A stretch of DNA of 63,744 nucleotides, the filler included, from Octopus bimaculoides (taxonomy: Eukaryota), in the NCBI RefSeq assembly GCF_001194135.2. It is 7 parts of 7 records of this genome, joined end to end, with 100 filler letters (N's around TTAATTAATTAA, not from the genome) between each part and the next. Parts side by side here need not be neighbours in the genome. Positions count along the whole stretch, not along the records: positions 1 to 28,888 come from NC_068983.1; 6 more parts are not named here. The stretch is one strand, 5' to 3'. The notes beneath the pieces were generated by a model. That model worked only from the letters and a program-made list of their open reading frames with translations. It was not told the DNA's origin and searched no databases. Below are positions 1 through 12,886 of this stretch, piece by piece. Position numbers and translations under genes: made by a program. The number at the start of each line of letters is the position of its first letter. The stretch's first letter is position 1.

Positions 1-42
<42 letters not shown>
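1..42. repeat. (CA)n microsatellite
   Basis: Perfect CA dinucleotide run at the window start. Confidence 0.98.
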
Positions 43-45
<3 letters not shown>

Positions 46-120
46 ATATATATTTATATATATTGTTTACTTTACCTTCGAAATGTTTCTAACCAAATAT
101 TACAAAGGCTTCAACATTGG

Positions 121-830
121 TTGACTAATTTTTTCCAAAACATGGGCTTAAATATTATTTTAGATGATGATATAACAAAAGTCAACTTTTGGGATATTAC
201 TCTTAGCCTATATAATAATTCATATTTCCCATTCTATAAACCCTCAACTAATAATATTATCTCTCTCAGTATTCGTCCGAACACTATTACAAGGAACTTA
301 GAAATATTTCCCTTAGACTTTCTAGATTATTTGCTAATGTTGATATCTTCAACGATAAAGCCGAATTTTGTAATCCTGTCTTACTTAAAGCAGGCTATAT
401 AGAAAAAAAGTTACATATATTAACCCTATTGACTTAAATTCTGCCTCTATTAACCAGGGAATAATAACACATCATAAGGGTAATAACAATATACATTTAA
501 GTTCGAATAACAACACTAAATCGAAAAATGTAATTTTTCGACGTTAGGGAGATACCCGTTCTTTATATACTTTTATACTTCATATAAATTATTTTTACCG
601 TAATAACACGGTGTGCCCTAGTAAAACAGTTTGGCTGATCATTCCATAAGATAAACACATCAAATTCAACCTCCCTTACCAGTTTCGTGAAGCTATAGGT
701 CAGAATTAAAAAAAAAATTCCAGATACCATTCCATTATCAATTCACACCGAATTAGGATAGGTTTTTCACACACCAAAAACGTTTCAGAAATCATATCCT
801 TCGTATAACAAGTTGTCAAGTAAATCCACT
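121..830 (+). mobile_element. Degenerate Penelope-like element fragment (RT C-terminal/thumb region)
   Basis: Translations KVNFWDITLSLYNNSYFPFYKPSTN and NSHRIRIGFSHTKNVSEIIS resemble PLE motifs VNFLDITLNL..YxPYRKP and NTxKxSYSCxxNxxxIISxHN. Broken by stops and frameshifts. Confidence 0.6.
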
Positions 831-944
831 TAATGAAAATAATAACAATGATATTATTAACGCTAACGATTCTTTGTACAATAATAACAACAGTATTAAT
901 ATTTCGGGTAGAAATTCGATTCGTATTCGATTCCTTAGCCGTAC

Positions 945-949
<5 letters not shown>

Positions 950-1004
<55 letters not shown>
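950..1004. repeat. (TG)n microsatellite
   Basis: Perfect TG run. Confidence 0.98.
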
Positions 1005-1006
<2 letters not shown>

Positions 1007-1343
1007 CTCTTTTACTCTTTTACTCTTTTACTTGTTTCAGTCTTTTGACTGTGGCCATGCTGGAGCACCGCCTTTAGTCGAGCAAATCGACCCCAGGACT
1101 TATTCTTTCGAACCCTAGTACTTATTCTATCGGCCGCTTTTTGCCGAACCGCTAAGTTACGGGTACGTAAACACACCAGCATCGGTTGTCAAGCGATGTT
1201 GGAGTGACAAACACAGACACACAAACATATACACACACATACATCTATATATGTATATACATATATACGATGGGCTTCTTTCAGTTTCCGTCTACCAAAT
1301 CCACTCACAAGGCTTTGGTCGACCCGAGGCTATAGTAGAAGAC
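1007..1343 (-). mobile_element. tRNA-derived SINE family S1 (3' three-quarters; head lost in gap)
   Basis: Reverse complement aligns by eye with the full copy at 29709-30110, including the (AAAAGAGT)-type tail. Confidence 0.92.
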
Positions 1344-1859
1344 NNNNNNNNNNNNNNNNNNNNNNNNNNNNNNNNNNNNNNNNNNNNNNNNNNNNNNNNN
1401 NNNNNNNNNNNNNNNNNNNNNNNNNNNNNNNNNNNNNNNNNNNNNNNNNNNNNNNNNNNNNNNNNNNNNNNNNNNNNNNNNNNNNNNNNNNNNNNNNNNN
1501 NNNNNNNNNNNNNNNNNNNNNNNNNNNNNNNNNNNNNNNNNNNNNNNNNNNNNNNNNNNNNNNNNNNNNNNNNNNNNNNNNNNNNNNNNNNNNNNNNNNN
1601 NNNNNNNNNNNNNNNNNNNNNNNNNNNNNNNNNNNNNNNNNNNNNNNNNNNNNNNNNNNNNNNNNNNNNNNNNNNNNNNNNNNNNNNNNNNNNNNNNNNN
1701 NNNNNNNNNNNNNNNNNNNNNNNNNNNNNNNNNNNNNNNNNNNNNNNNNNNNNNNNNNNNNNNNNNNNNNNNNNNNNNNNNNNNNNNNNNNNNNAGAGAG
1801 AGAGAGAGAGAGAGAGAGAATGAGAATGATAACAACAATATCGGGATGGAATTTATAAA

Positions 1860-2250
1860 CGAACGTTTCCGCAATTCAGTTGATTTTGATATACATCAGA
1901 GTCAGTATCTTTGAGATTAGTACGGTATATTCTGCATTATCTGCGGGCATCATCTTTGATCCATTTCATCAGGCGATACTGTATAATTAGATGATTCACA
2001 GAGAGATGTTTACTCCTTCTTACTAGTATGAAGAGATAAGAATAACTGATTCATCCAGTTATACAGTATTGTCTGATTAAATGAATCAATGCTGATTCCC
2101 GTGGATAATACGGGCTATGCCGTACTAATCCCTAGGATACCGATTCTGATGCCAAAAATATTTGATCTGTGGAATCGTACGTAGCGATGTATTAAATATT
2201 TATAAATTCCATCCTTGCATTACTGTTGTTACTGTTATATGTATCCCAAA
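1860..2250 (-). mobile_element. Possible highly decayed LINE APE-endonuclease remnant
   Basis: Weak motif RSNIFGIRIGILGIS...RIIH only. Confidence 0.25.
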
Positions 2251-3191
2251 TTATATCGGTATAACCATGTTTCAACCCGAAAATCTGCCTCTCAAGTCAC
2301 TATCGTTAAACGATAGTTGGCGTAATAGGAGCTAAATGATGACTTGGTCGTCACGATATTCTAATCTTGCTGACTTTCTTCTCTGTATCTCTTATATGTT
2401 AATCAGTAATAACATCAATATAATATATTATTGTCTGTTTAAATTTTGTTGGATATTGTCTTTCGTAAATTTTTTGCGTGCTTCCAATTGTTAAAATTAT
2501 CGTAGTAATGGTTTTGGCATGTTATTTAATTTGTCAGCTCTTCGGCTAAATATCTTGTATATGTTTATGCAAAGCAACCGTGAGCACATACCTATCCTCA
2601 GACATTCAAATAAATTGAACCAAGTGTTAAATGTCTGACTTTAGATATATGAATCCCTTTAGAGATATGTGTTGAAGAAATAGTCCTCATTTTCTGATGA
2701 GAGAAAATTATAATTCGAACAGTTGATATGACGTAATATAAGAAGAAAGAAAATTATGAAAAGAAGAAAGCATCTTCCTATAATCACCCCTTCACGTTCT
2801 TTGATATATGCCTCTGTAGAATTACCTACGTTACACAAACGCGTACGCATATTCGCACTCGCATACGTGCACATGTATGAATGATATACATATATGATAT
2901 ATATATGATATACGTGTAAGCATTTGTGTAAATATGCATGCATATTTGTATATTGTGAGACCCGGATAATACATAGACAGGGTACAAATTCACATTTATT
3001 CTCCTTTGAACACGTATTGACGAACGATATTAGTAAGCCTTTCAATTTAATAAGCCTTTCATACATAAGAGTTTATCATTTGTCTGCATATCTTGATATT
3101 TAACCAGGGCTCAAAGAGATGTTAAATTCTAGAAAAATACAGTGTCCTAGGATGTATTAATCGTTTAAACGATGAATTATTTCATTGAATA

Positions 3192-4483
3192 TACGTAGTT
3201 GCATCACAAAGTTCTCGGAGTAGTTGAGTAGCGTGGAAACAAACAGCATCACACGGTTGAGTGCGCAGTGAGAGCTAGCCGGGACCTTCATGAGGCTGTA
3301 TTTTGAGTGACATCGATGTATTTACTTCGTAAATTGTGAAATTTTCCTTTCAGTGATCACGTATACGTTGCATTCTGCGATTTTGTGATAGACAAAAATT
3401 TGGAACAAAGAGCCATCTTCAAATTGTGCGTTAAAGTAAGGAAATCTGCTGCAAGGACATAGCGCATACTTCGGCAAGCACACGACCAATGTTTCAAGTG
3501 GCAAGGGTGCTTCAAAAGGAGCGATGAGCGTTCCGGAAGGCCCACCGCGTTTGTCACCCCAGAAATGTGGAGATTATCCATCAGCATTTGCATGTAGATG
3601 GTCGGAAGACATAAACTACATTGCTTATTGGTCCGTCGTATGTTGTTGGTCTTTTGTAATGGGTTTGTGCAGGCAATACTAATGTCTGAATTGAATATAT
3701 GGTGTATCTCTGTCATGTTTCACCCCCGCCTGCTGCCACTAAGCAGAAAGAACATCGCATTAAAATCTGTCAAGGTCTCCGTCAGCCTGCTGCTTACGAC
3801 CCATCCTTCATGCCGAGAATCATCGCCGGAAGGAGAGGTGGGCCTACAGCTACAACCCTGAGATAAAGCAGTAGTCGTTACAATGGAAAGTCCTTTCATC
3901 TCCACTACGGAAAAAGGCACGTCAGAGCCGCAGTTTAATGAAGCGTATGGTCATAGTTTATTGGGGTTTTTTTTTCGACATTCGCATTATTTTGCATCGA
4001 TAATTTGTCCCCCATAGCCAGAGTATCAATCGAGAGTTCTACTGCGACGTTTTGAAGTGATTGAGGGAGGACATGCGGCGAAAGTGACAGCAGAATTGGA
4101 TTCATCACGATGACATTGGATCCTGTCACCGAATTCTTCTCACTCGTACGTGTCTCTCCAAAACAACATATTATCGCTTCCCCACCCACCCTATTCGCCA
4201 GACTTAGAACCTGTGGACTTCCACCTCTTACCCAAGAGAAAATGCAGCTGAAAGGTCATCGGCTAAACACCGTTGTCAAGTTTCAGAGCGAATCGCACAA
4301 GGTCCTAGACTCGCTTCCGGAAAACGACTTCTAGGCCGGATTCCAAAAAGTCGTAGGGACGCTGGGACCTGTAAATGGCTGCACAAGGTGAGTAATTCGA
4401 AGGAGATGAAGTTAAAACTTAGGTAAATAAGTTGCTTGTTTAAAAACCTAAGAAGTCCCGGCAATTTTTGATATTACGTCGTA
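3192..4483 (+). mobile_element. Mariner DNA transposon, full span, pseudogenised transposase
   Basis: NLEQRAIFKLCVK, DERSGRP, WIHHD and QLKGHRLNTVVKFQSESHKVLDSLPENDF segments; degenerate TIRs (tacg...atcacaaagttctcggagt / agtcccggcaatttttgatattacgtcgta) with TA ends. Confidence 0.85.
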
Positions 4484-5600
4484 TTATACATACGTTACAT
4501 CGCCAACAAACTAATTTTGAGAACTAATGAACGTTACTGCATATACATACATTTGCTAATGTTCACATTATTTGCATGTTATGGGGCTTTTTTTTTTTTG
4601 TATTTTTGTGCATAAATGCGACAAATAAGCATAGAGATATTTGCAAGCATGTTACTGATAAGTTATTCATGTTTTTATCTTTCACTTCAATGAATGATGT
4701 ATTTAACATCAATGATCTTTTCTTCCATTCTGAAATGCGATTTAAGAAATCTACTTTTATTTTGTCAGAGAAAATATATTTATGAATTATTTATTATAGA
4801 GATTATTACTTCCATTTTATATCTATCTTTTTTGTTCCATTTCCAATTTATATCTTTCTTATATGCGGACTTGGGTTACTTGTTTATATATCTTACATTC
4901 AAATGTATTTCTCATATCATATGCAGCTATGACATTTTTCACTATGCCCACTCTTTATTCCAATGATTTCGGTGTGTTTGTGAACATCTTATTCTTAAGA
5001 ATACCCGTACCAGTTTACATATAGCACAGAGTTTTCTCTGAGCACTATCATATTGGTGTACTTACACTCTCAAATTTATTTTTGGTGGACGCTCAGTATT
5101 TTTCTCAGTTTACCATCATAGCGAAAGTTGAACATTTTTCGCAGCTGACGATGTATATATTTTAAACTGAAATTACAATTTGACAGAACTTACCCCAGGA
5201 GTCATCAAGAATTACCAAACAGATGTACAATATTGAAGGCGCTAATATTTGATATATTTAAAATTGAATAGGACACCTGCGATATGTATTTAGAAACACC
5301 AACTGTAGTTTAAAACCTTGCTAATTTACCATCGACATATTCGTACACGGTGAGAGTCGACGTTAAATTAAATATATATCAACAATTATAAAAGAGATTA
5401 TTAGTTCCCTGCTTTCATAGAACATCAAAATACCCTATAATACGTCGTAAATGAATTGACAACCTGTTGTGAAACACGGTTTAGGAAAGAATAGTTTTAT
5501 TTCCTATATGTTTCGACACTCATTTCTCCAGATTGATTAATTTACATAATTATGTTCGTTTTTCTTTTCTTTGCTTTTTATTTTTTTTAGGATTATCCAG

Positions 5601-5795
5601 TATTTACATTTGACGGATAGTTGTCCTCCTCTTGTTTGTTGTGAGCACAACGTCTCAGCTCATATACCCTCCAGCCTTTTGAACCTGGGTTCTCATTCCT
5701 AAGGTATTTGTCGATGTTATTATTATTATGCTGCCTGGAATCGAACTCGAAATCATGGAGTTAGTAGCCCACGCTCTTAACCACTACGCCATATG
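5601..5795 (-). mobile_element. tRNA-head/(AAT)n/hammerhead element F1, copy A (ribozyme core deleted)
   Basis: Head catatggcgtagtggttaagagcgtgggctactaac..., (AAT)n and body colinear with copies at 20726-21010 and 50946-51135; the gacacctgatga segment is missing. Confidence 0.88.
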
Positions 5796-5821
5796 TAAAT
5801 TTTGGGGCTATAAATCTAATA

Positions 5822-6177
5822 TTTTCCTATCCTTCCTTAATACCGGTTCCCATATGCTATTCATATCTGCACTCGGTCTACTTAGGAGGTTATGAGCTGC
5901 TTCTTTAGTCTTCGTATTTTCCAGTGGTGTTCTCTATCTATTATTTTAACTTCATCGCACAGGGGGAGGTGGTCTCCATTTTTCCATACATGATCAGCTA
6001 TACCCGATTTAACAATATCTCCTCGTATCACAGCTTTCCGATTCTCCTCTTCCCTTATTCTGAGGGGATGGCATGTTTCACCTTTCTATGACCTACCACA
6101 TGTGCATGGAATGGCGTACACGCAGTTTTTGGTAATATTCTCTTCTATTGGTGGTTATACTCGAAGGAGATATTTGC
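5822..6177 (-). mobile_element. Penelope-like element 3' end, GIY-YIG endonuclease remnant
   Basis: Reads KYLLRV*PPIEENITKNCVYAIPCTCGRS*KGETCHPLRIR...KSGIADHVWKNGDHLP..EVKIIDREHHWKIRRLKE; PLE-type VY/Y(K)GET with CxC. Confidence 0.82.
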
Positions 6178-6243
6178 GATATCCGTCAAATGTAAATTAT
6201 GTAAATAATGTGCATAATTCCTCATCTCTTAAATATAGAACTG
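6178..6243 (+). mobile_element. Inverted copy of the F1 3' tail
   Basis: atatccgtcaaatgtaaattatgtaaataatgtgcataattcctcatctcttaaatatagaactg matches the F1 tails at 19499-19560 and 50946-51010. Confidence 0.88.
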
Positions 6244-6249
6244 TTGGAA

Positions 6250-6700
6250 TATCCATGTTATATTTACTATATCAGCGTCTATTGTGCAAAGTTTACGTTT
6301 TCCTAATTTTGCCTTGCCCTTTAACTCTGTTAACATGAGGTACCACACTATCATTTTCTTCTCCTTTTCTTCCTCAGATTATTGATAGTATAAAAATGCA
6401 TATTAAATGTTCTTACAATCTACTTCACTTAGTAGGGATGTTGTTTTGGTATTTGGCGATACAGGGACTCCTCAGATCTTAATAATGTTTCTTAGAATAT
6501 TTACATTGTTGATCTAATCTCGAAATGCGACTTCCGTCGTTTTTAGCCACTCTAATGAGGAGCCTGTTGTACAATTTACAAAATTGGTTATCATAAGTAG
6601 AAATGCTATTTGGTTGGTTGCTTACTCTCCTGAGTTCATCTGTTGTTTGATCAAATCTGTGCTCTTCCTGCATGGTGTCTAAATAGTAATGAAAAAAAAA
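6250..6700 (-). mobile_element. Possible further PLE RT-thumb remnant
   Basis: Weak motifs IPTKVK*IVRTF and QEEH..TTDELRRV. Confidence 0.3.
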
Positions 6701-7218
6701 ATCGTGAATGAGCATGTTTTATGAGATTACTGTTTTAGAAACTAATAGACCGACCGTGAGCCATATATTCTCAATCCCAACGAGAGAATTTCTCGTCTCC
6801 TTTTACGGTGGTAGGGAGAGATGAGTGAAACATGCTGCAGGATATGAATCGCAGAGAAAGAAAGACAATGCGATACACATATGGTGAGTTTCATTGTGTG
6901 AACTGAGTACCATTTCCGCTGATGCAGCGGAAGAAGCAGATATTAAATGGATGGGCCCAAAGGCGCCAGGGAGAAAACTGAGTATTCTACATCAATGGTT
7001 CTCAACCATTTTTTAATTTAATGAAATTCCATACGCATTCGATTCGAATATAAAAATCGTTATGCATTTTTATAGTTTAATACAATTAGGAATTGTCGAA
7101 ATAAATCGTTAGACTATTTTGTATACTGTCAAAGAATAACTATTTTTTGCCACATAAATTTTGGCAAAATCATATATGAATCCAGAAGTGTCATATGGAA
7201 CCCTGTAATGAACCTCTG

Positions 7219-7400
7219 CTTTAAATGTGTGTGCGTGTGTGTGTGGGGGGGGTGAGAGAAAGAGAGAGAGAGACAGACAGAGAGACAGAGACAGACATAC
7301 AGACAGTGACAGACAGAGACAGAGACAAACAGACAGACAGACAGACATACATACAAATACAGAGACAGAGACAGAGACAGAGAAAGAGAGAGAGAGAGAG
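7219..7400. repeat. Compound (TG)/(AG)/(ACAG) microsatellite
   Basis: Direct inspection. Confidence 0.93.
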
Positions 7401-7737
7401 ACGGGGTGTCATCATGCTTACTTCTTTGTATGTAAATCTTTTCTGAGTTTGTTGAATGAAATATTAGAAACAATAATACGACAATAACACCATATGGAGC
7501 GATGTAGAGAGATGAAAAAAGGTTTTTTTAAGAAGGATTAGGGAAACAGCAAAACAACCACAGCAAGAATAACAACATCATCAGCAGCATCATTATTATT
7601 AGCAGTGACGTTGTATGTAGAATCAAAAGATTCTCCGTTATGATTGACAAGAAAAATATTGGAAAATTTCATTCTTAAACATTGTGTTGTTGTATCACGC
7701 CATATTTAGAGGAAAGTTCTACTATCAAGAGAACTTA

Positions 7738-7962
<225 letters not shown>

Positions 7963-8545
7963 TAACCGATGTGAAATATATCAAATGCTTGATCGTAAAA
8001 CACATGGATCGATACTATAGGCTAAAAGAAGAGACTTTCTAATATCAATCCATCTTCTATAATCATCAAATGACTCCCCTTAAAGTCTGAAGCATGAATC
8101 ATATGTTGGACAAGGTAGTTTTGCATATAAAATTTCTGGAAAAGGCAGAGCTATTTCCAAACATGTAAGTTTGTATTGAATGTATATTTGTTCCCACATG
8201 TGTCAAACTTGAGCAACTTCTCTGCCGATCAAATCAATCTCATTTTACTACACTATTAAGACTTCCTTTTGACAGTGTAATATCGACAATTAATACCTTA
8301 GCAACTGTTTCAATTATAATCTTTTGCAAACAATAATTTACAACATCGTCATAAATCATATTCACTACTTCGGCTGCACTCTTCAAAACACAAATATCTT
8401 TCTCACATAAAAATAAGTGGGCTACAGAAAACTCCCTAAGCAGAAAGGAAATTACGTATGTATCCATGTGCGTGTGTGCATTTGTGTGTGTGTATGTGTG
8501 TGTATGTGGCTGTGTGTGTGTGTGTGTGTGTGAGAGTGTGTGTGT

Positions 8546-8592
<47 letters not shown>

Positions 8593-8643
8593 TGTCTGTG
8601 TGTCTGTGCACGCACTCATACACACACAGATACAGATGTACAC

Positions 8644-9905
8644 TACGTGGATTGGCTGAAAATTTCCTAACCTGACCAAGATGATCTCTTTAAATATGAC
8701 CAAATGAGGTTCACTTTTAAATATAGTTATCCTTGCAGCCCATAAACCTCTTCCGTCGGTGTTACAGAGATTGAATCCTATTGGTGAAGAAGACTTTACC
8801 CTAATGCTCAAGGAAGTCATCAAAAGCAAATATACAATCATCACTGCAACACTGGTTCCCAGTCAAGTGTTTATTCATGTAGCGAAACTAATGACTGTTA
8901 GATGGGGCCAAATATGGAGAAGAGAGAGAGCAATGAACATGTTCAAAGCAACAATCACGAAGAGCAGCCATTGGAATTAAGGACTCATGTACTAGAGAAT
9001 TGTCCTGATGAAACAACTTCCTTTTCGTCAGTTTTTCTTGGACTTTCATCTTGACAGATTTTCGTAACTACTTTAGCAAGTTGGCATATTACTCTTTATT
9101 TGTGGTATTACCATTTTCAAAATAGCCAATGACCACAATGCTTATTGCATATTGCTTCCCATAAAACTGAGACCATTACTTACCCTGTATATGAAACGAC
9201 ATTAGCTTTCTTTAGAGCAGGTGAGAAAATTTTCTCTCTAGCTCTAGCACCAACGAAGGAACCCAACACTCATCCTGGTTTGTGAAACGTTCAAGGAAAC
9301 CGACTCAATCTGCTTCAAGTACTCTTACATTTTCCCGTGTTATGAACAACTTAGTGCTGTTTTGATCAGGTGTCGGAAGACGTGGCACCCGCGAGCTGAA
9401 TATTTCGCTATACCAAGTTTATTATCTATAATACTCTCAACTCACTCAGGGGTTATGCTAATAGCATTGGCTATTTGATTGATAGTGAGTCGCTTTTCAT
9501 CTATCATGATATGGTGAACACGGTCAATTTTGTCTTCTCTGGTAGTAGTAGCAGGATGTCCAGACTTCGGGTCACTTTCAAGGCTCTTCCTACCTCTCAT
9601 AAATTCAGCCGCACTGTTGATACAGCTGAATGTTATCCTGTAATGTAGCAAGAATGTCAACGTGAATGTCCTTATTTCGCAACACATGATAACACTACGA
9701 TGCAAAACATTGGCAACTTTCAAGCGATGCTACTACTAGCTATAATTCAAGTCTTCTTTGAACATTCGGATGTCATTTTACCTTGAGCAAAATAAAAATA
9801 CAATGGATGTATTAAAAGGAAGAATTGAAATTATTGCGTGCCAAATTTTATACCTCTAGCAGCACTACTTCATATCAGCATATAAACTTTTCCGTCCACC
9901 CTCGT
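8644..9905 (-). mobile_element. Mariner DNA transposon, full span, degenerate
   Basis: AAEFMRGRKSLESDPKSGHPAT...RLTINQIANAISI (HTH region) and PHPPYSP-like catalytic region; TIRs tacgagggtggacggaaaaagttt / tacgtggattggctgaaaattt. Confidence 0.85.
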
Positions 9906-12818
9906 ATTTTTGCCAATTATTTGTGACGAATATTAATTCCACCCAAGCAGATAATTGCCTCCTGTACAAAGAAAGAAGCACTTCATATTTTTATGTCCAT
10001 TCTGCTACCGATTGCAGTGACTTACATTTTCATTTCATATCATTTTAAACATAAATGAACACTATTTTCGTAATTTTTTTATACATACTCGTTTTGCACT
10101 TCCGAAATTGGATTCTATAGCAATTCAATTTGAAAGCACAACGTTTCAGGTATCTGTTGTATTTATATGGAAGCTATGAAGAGATTATTTTCCATTACAT
10201 TAATAAAGTCTGACATGGCATATCTGCTCATCAGTCAACATACTTCACCATAGTAATTAGTTTACATTGTATAACATGTGACTTCAGCTTGATAAATAAT
10301 TTGGTCTTGTTGAAAGATATGCTGCTCCTCAACCGCTAAATTTAAAATTTATGACACAATAACCTCCTATCCAGAAGTGCAAGCAAATCCGGAAATTAAA
10401 ACATTCAATTCCATTGTGAAAGGATTGAATTCAACTCCGTTTCAATATTCATAGTAAAACAACTTATAATAAGTGTCTGCGATAATGTAATTATGTTTCT
10501 AGACTCACAATCTACTAGTGGTCTGCAGTTACCAATGCTGACTGACTTCTGTCCGGATTGCATAACATAAACGAGACTGTTTCGTGATAATGAGTAACTC
10601 TTAAATATCTGTCAAAATAATTATAGTCCACATTTCAAATATGTCTATAGTACTTGATAGAAACATTCTTAATATTCTTGAAACATCGATGCATCTTGCA
10701 ACAATAACGATAACAACAACGGCAAGAAAAGCAATAATTATATCAACGGACTTTATTAATCTTCTTTTGGTGCAGTTTGTAATTTTCGTTTTCTTCTGCG
10801 GAAGGTTGGAATGAAAATTCCCATTTAATTTTCGCCAAGTTCATTTTATGAAGTATAAATTCCGATTATGAAGATGTTAATATTCCAAAATGCCTTTTTC
10901 TTTCTCCTTTTCTCCCTTCTTCGAGTCTTTATTTAATCTTTCCGTCATTCTCATTACTTTCATTTTCTTATTTAATCTACACTACTTGGAACATATAAGT
11001 GGAAATTGATGTAAATAAATTTTAAAATTCTATTAAATGTTCCATCATCGAGATATTGAACGGATATAAAAAGAGTCTAGGATAGATTGTCCCACACTTC
11101 ATAAATGTATTTTTACTGTCTGAACTAATAACCTATATGCCTCCACGTCAATTCAGTTAATAGACAAAATTATTGTGAAAGCAATGTTTACATACGAAAA
11201 TGAAAGCGACTAATTGAGAGTAAGGTCTGATCGATTTTGGCACCGTTTATCTACATGAAGATTATAAAATACTTCTTCACTCATGCCACCTTTGCTTTTA
11301 ACGATAGTCCTGATAAAAATATCTTTCTTTACAACATCAAAGTAATATATTTTCAACCGCGATGCAATCCTCACCCTTCTCATCTTTTCTTTTGCGTCTT
11401 CCTATGCTAAATTCTATTTAACAGTTCATGCATTATTAGCAAATGGTAACATTATGATATCGATGGTGACGACGTTGAAACTGGCAGGAGTAGGTAGACG
11501 GTTCTGGTGGTGCCGATTAATGAGGAGGAGGAGGATACGATGGTTGTAGTGGTGGCGGTGGTGGCAGTAGTGGTGGCGGTGGTGGAGATGTTTATGATCA
11601 TAATGGAAGGGATGATGATGTACTACTAATACTACAAAAACGACGACGATGATGATAATGACGTCGACATTGACGAAGACGACAATGATAGTAGTGATGA
11701 TGATGATGATTTTGATGCTGTTAGGAAAAGGTAGAAAGGGAGAAGGTAAATAACAACAATATAAAATGACTATAAAAACGTTAATAACATTAATGATATT
11801 ACAACTAAACACTAATGCGAAAATGACACCGAAATAATGCCAACTACATTTCCAGTTATACATTAATAAGTTTTGAACTACTTTCTTCTAGAGTTGGCGT
11901 TTTCGTATCATTGTTTGTAGCCAAAAATCTGTTGATATTTGATGACATTTGAACAAGATCGGAAAGTATCTTGTATTTGTCAAAGCCATTTCCTGCGCTC
12001 CGTATCGACGAAGCAATATTCGAGTAAGGTCATTCGAGTTAAAACTGTCACGAGGTATACAAACAAATGAACATTGAGACACTCGAAGTTACTCTCAATA
12101 GAAATTCGGTAAAAAACTATGAACCTAATGACAATCAAATTCTGTTATGTAATTTGAAGCGAAATGTCCTTACACTCAAGTCCCCAATAGACAACGAAAG
12201 AAAATGACAGAACAAGTAAAGTAAGTGATTGTTGATGTGTTCTTGTTGAAGCTGTGGCTGCTGAAAATCAACCTTCTTCTAACACACGGGAATTTAGAAG
12301 TGGTATATACCTGGTCATTACGTCTTTCAGGCATGATTAGTATAACTGTATTTAAATACGTGCTACGTTGTTATTTAACCCAATGGGTTGAGATGTGAGA
12401 GACAATTTATTGCTATCTCTAGCTGGTTGAGATGGTGACGAGAGATTCTTGGTTTTCGGTATTACTGCTAATTATAATGATTTCAAACTCCCTGTCTAGA
12501 GGCACCGATTTTTATATCACACATACAATAGTCTAACAATCCATATTTGCACGCCTTAGCGTCAACCAATGAACACCCGGATTGCTAATAGCATTTAAAT
12601 CTTACTCTACAACTTTCTAGAGGATGAAGATATTATCATACTGTCTTTAAAATGGTATTTTGTTCAATGTAGTTATCGGTATACTGTGATTGAAATTATG
12701 CGGTGCGATCGCGGAGAGAACATATTTGAAACAAGGTATTCTTCATCAGGCTAAATAATACAAAAAACAAAAAAAAAATGGTCATGAGTCTGAATCGTGT
12801 CACACTTATTTGTGCACA

Positions 12819-12886
12819 CACGAGAGGGTGCTGAAAAGTTTTTGGCTTTAAGGATATTGCCAGGAAATTTTCAGTATCCCCTCATA
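12819..12886. mobile_element. 68-bp mariner-derived mini-MITE
   Basis: cacgagagggtgctgaaaagtttttgg ... ccaggaaattttcagtatcccctcata; imperfect inverted ends match the TIRs at 9905 and 47226. Confidence 0.72.

Noticed and set aside
8240-8675. HT/CV/YI-rich ORFs (also at 30.4-32 kb, 38.4-39.2 kb, 48.6-48.9 kb, 52.5-55.3 kb)
   Set aside because: Translations of (CA)n, (TA)n and (TACA)n microsatellites.
10440-12330. Hydrophobic short ORFs suggesting a membrane-receptor pseudogene
   Set aside because: Hydrophobicity is explained by GTT/GAT/GGT low-complexity tracts; no motifs or consistent exon structure.
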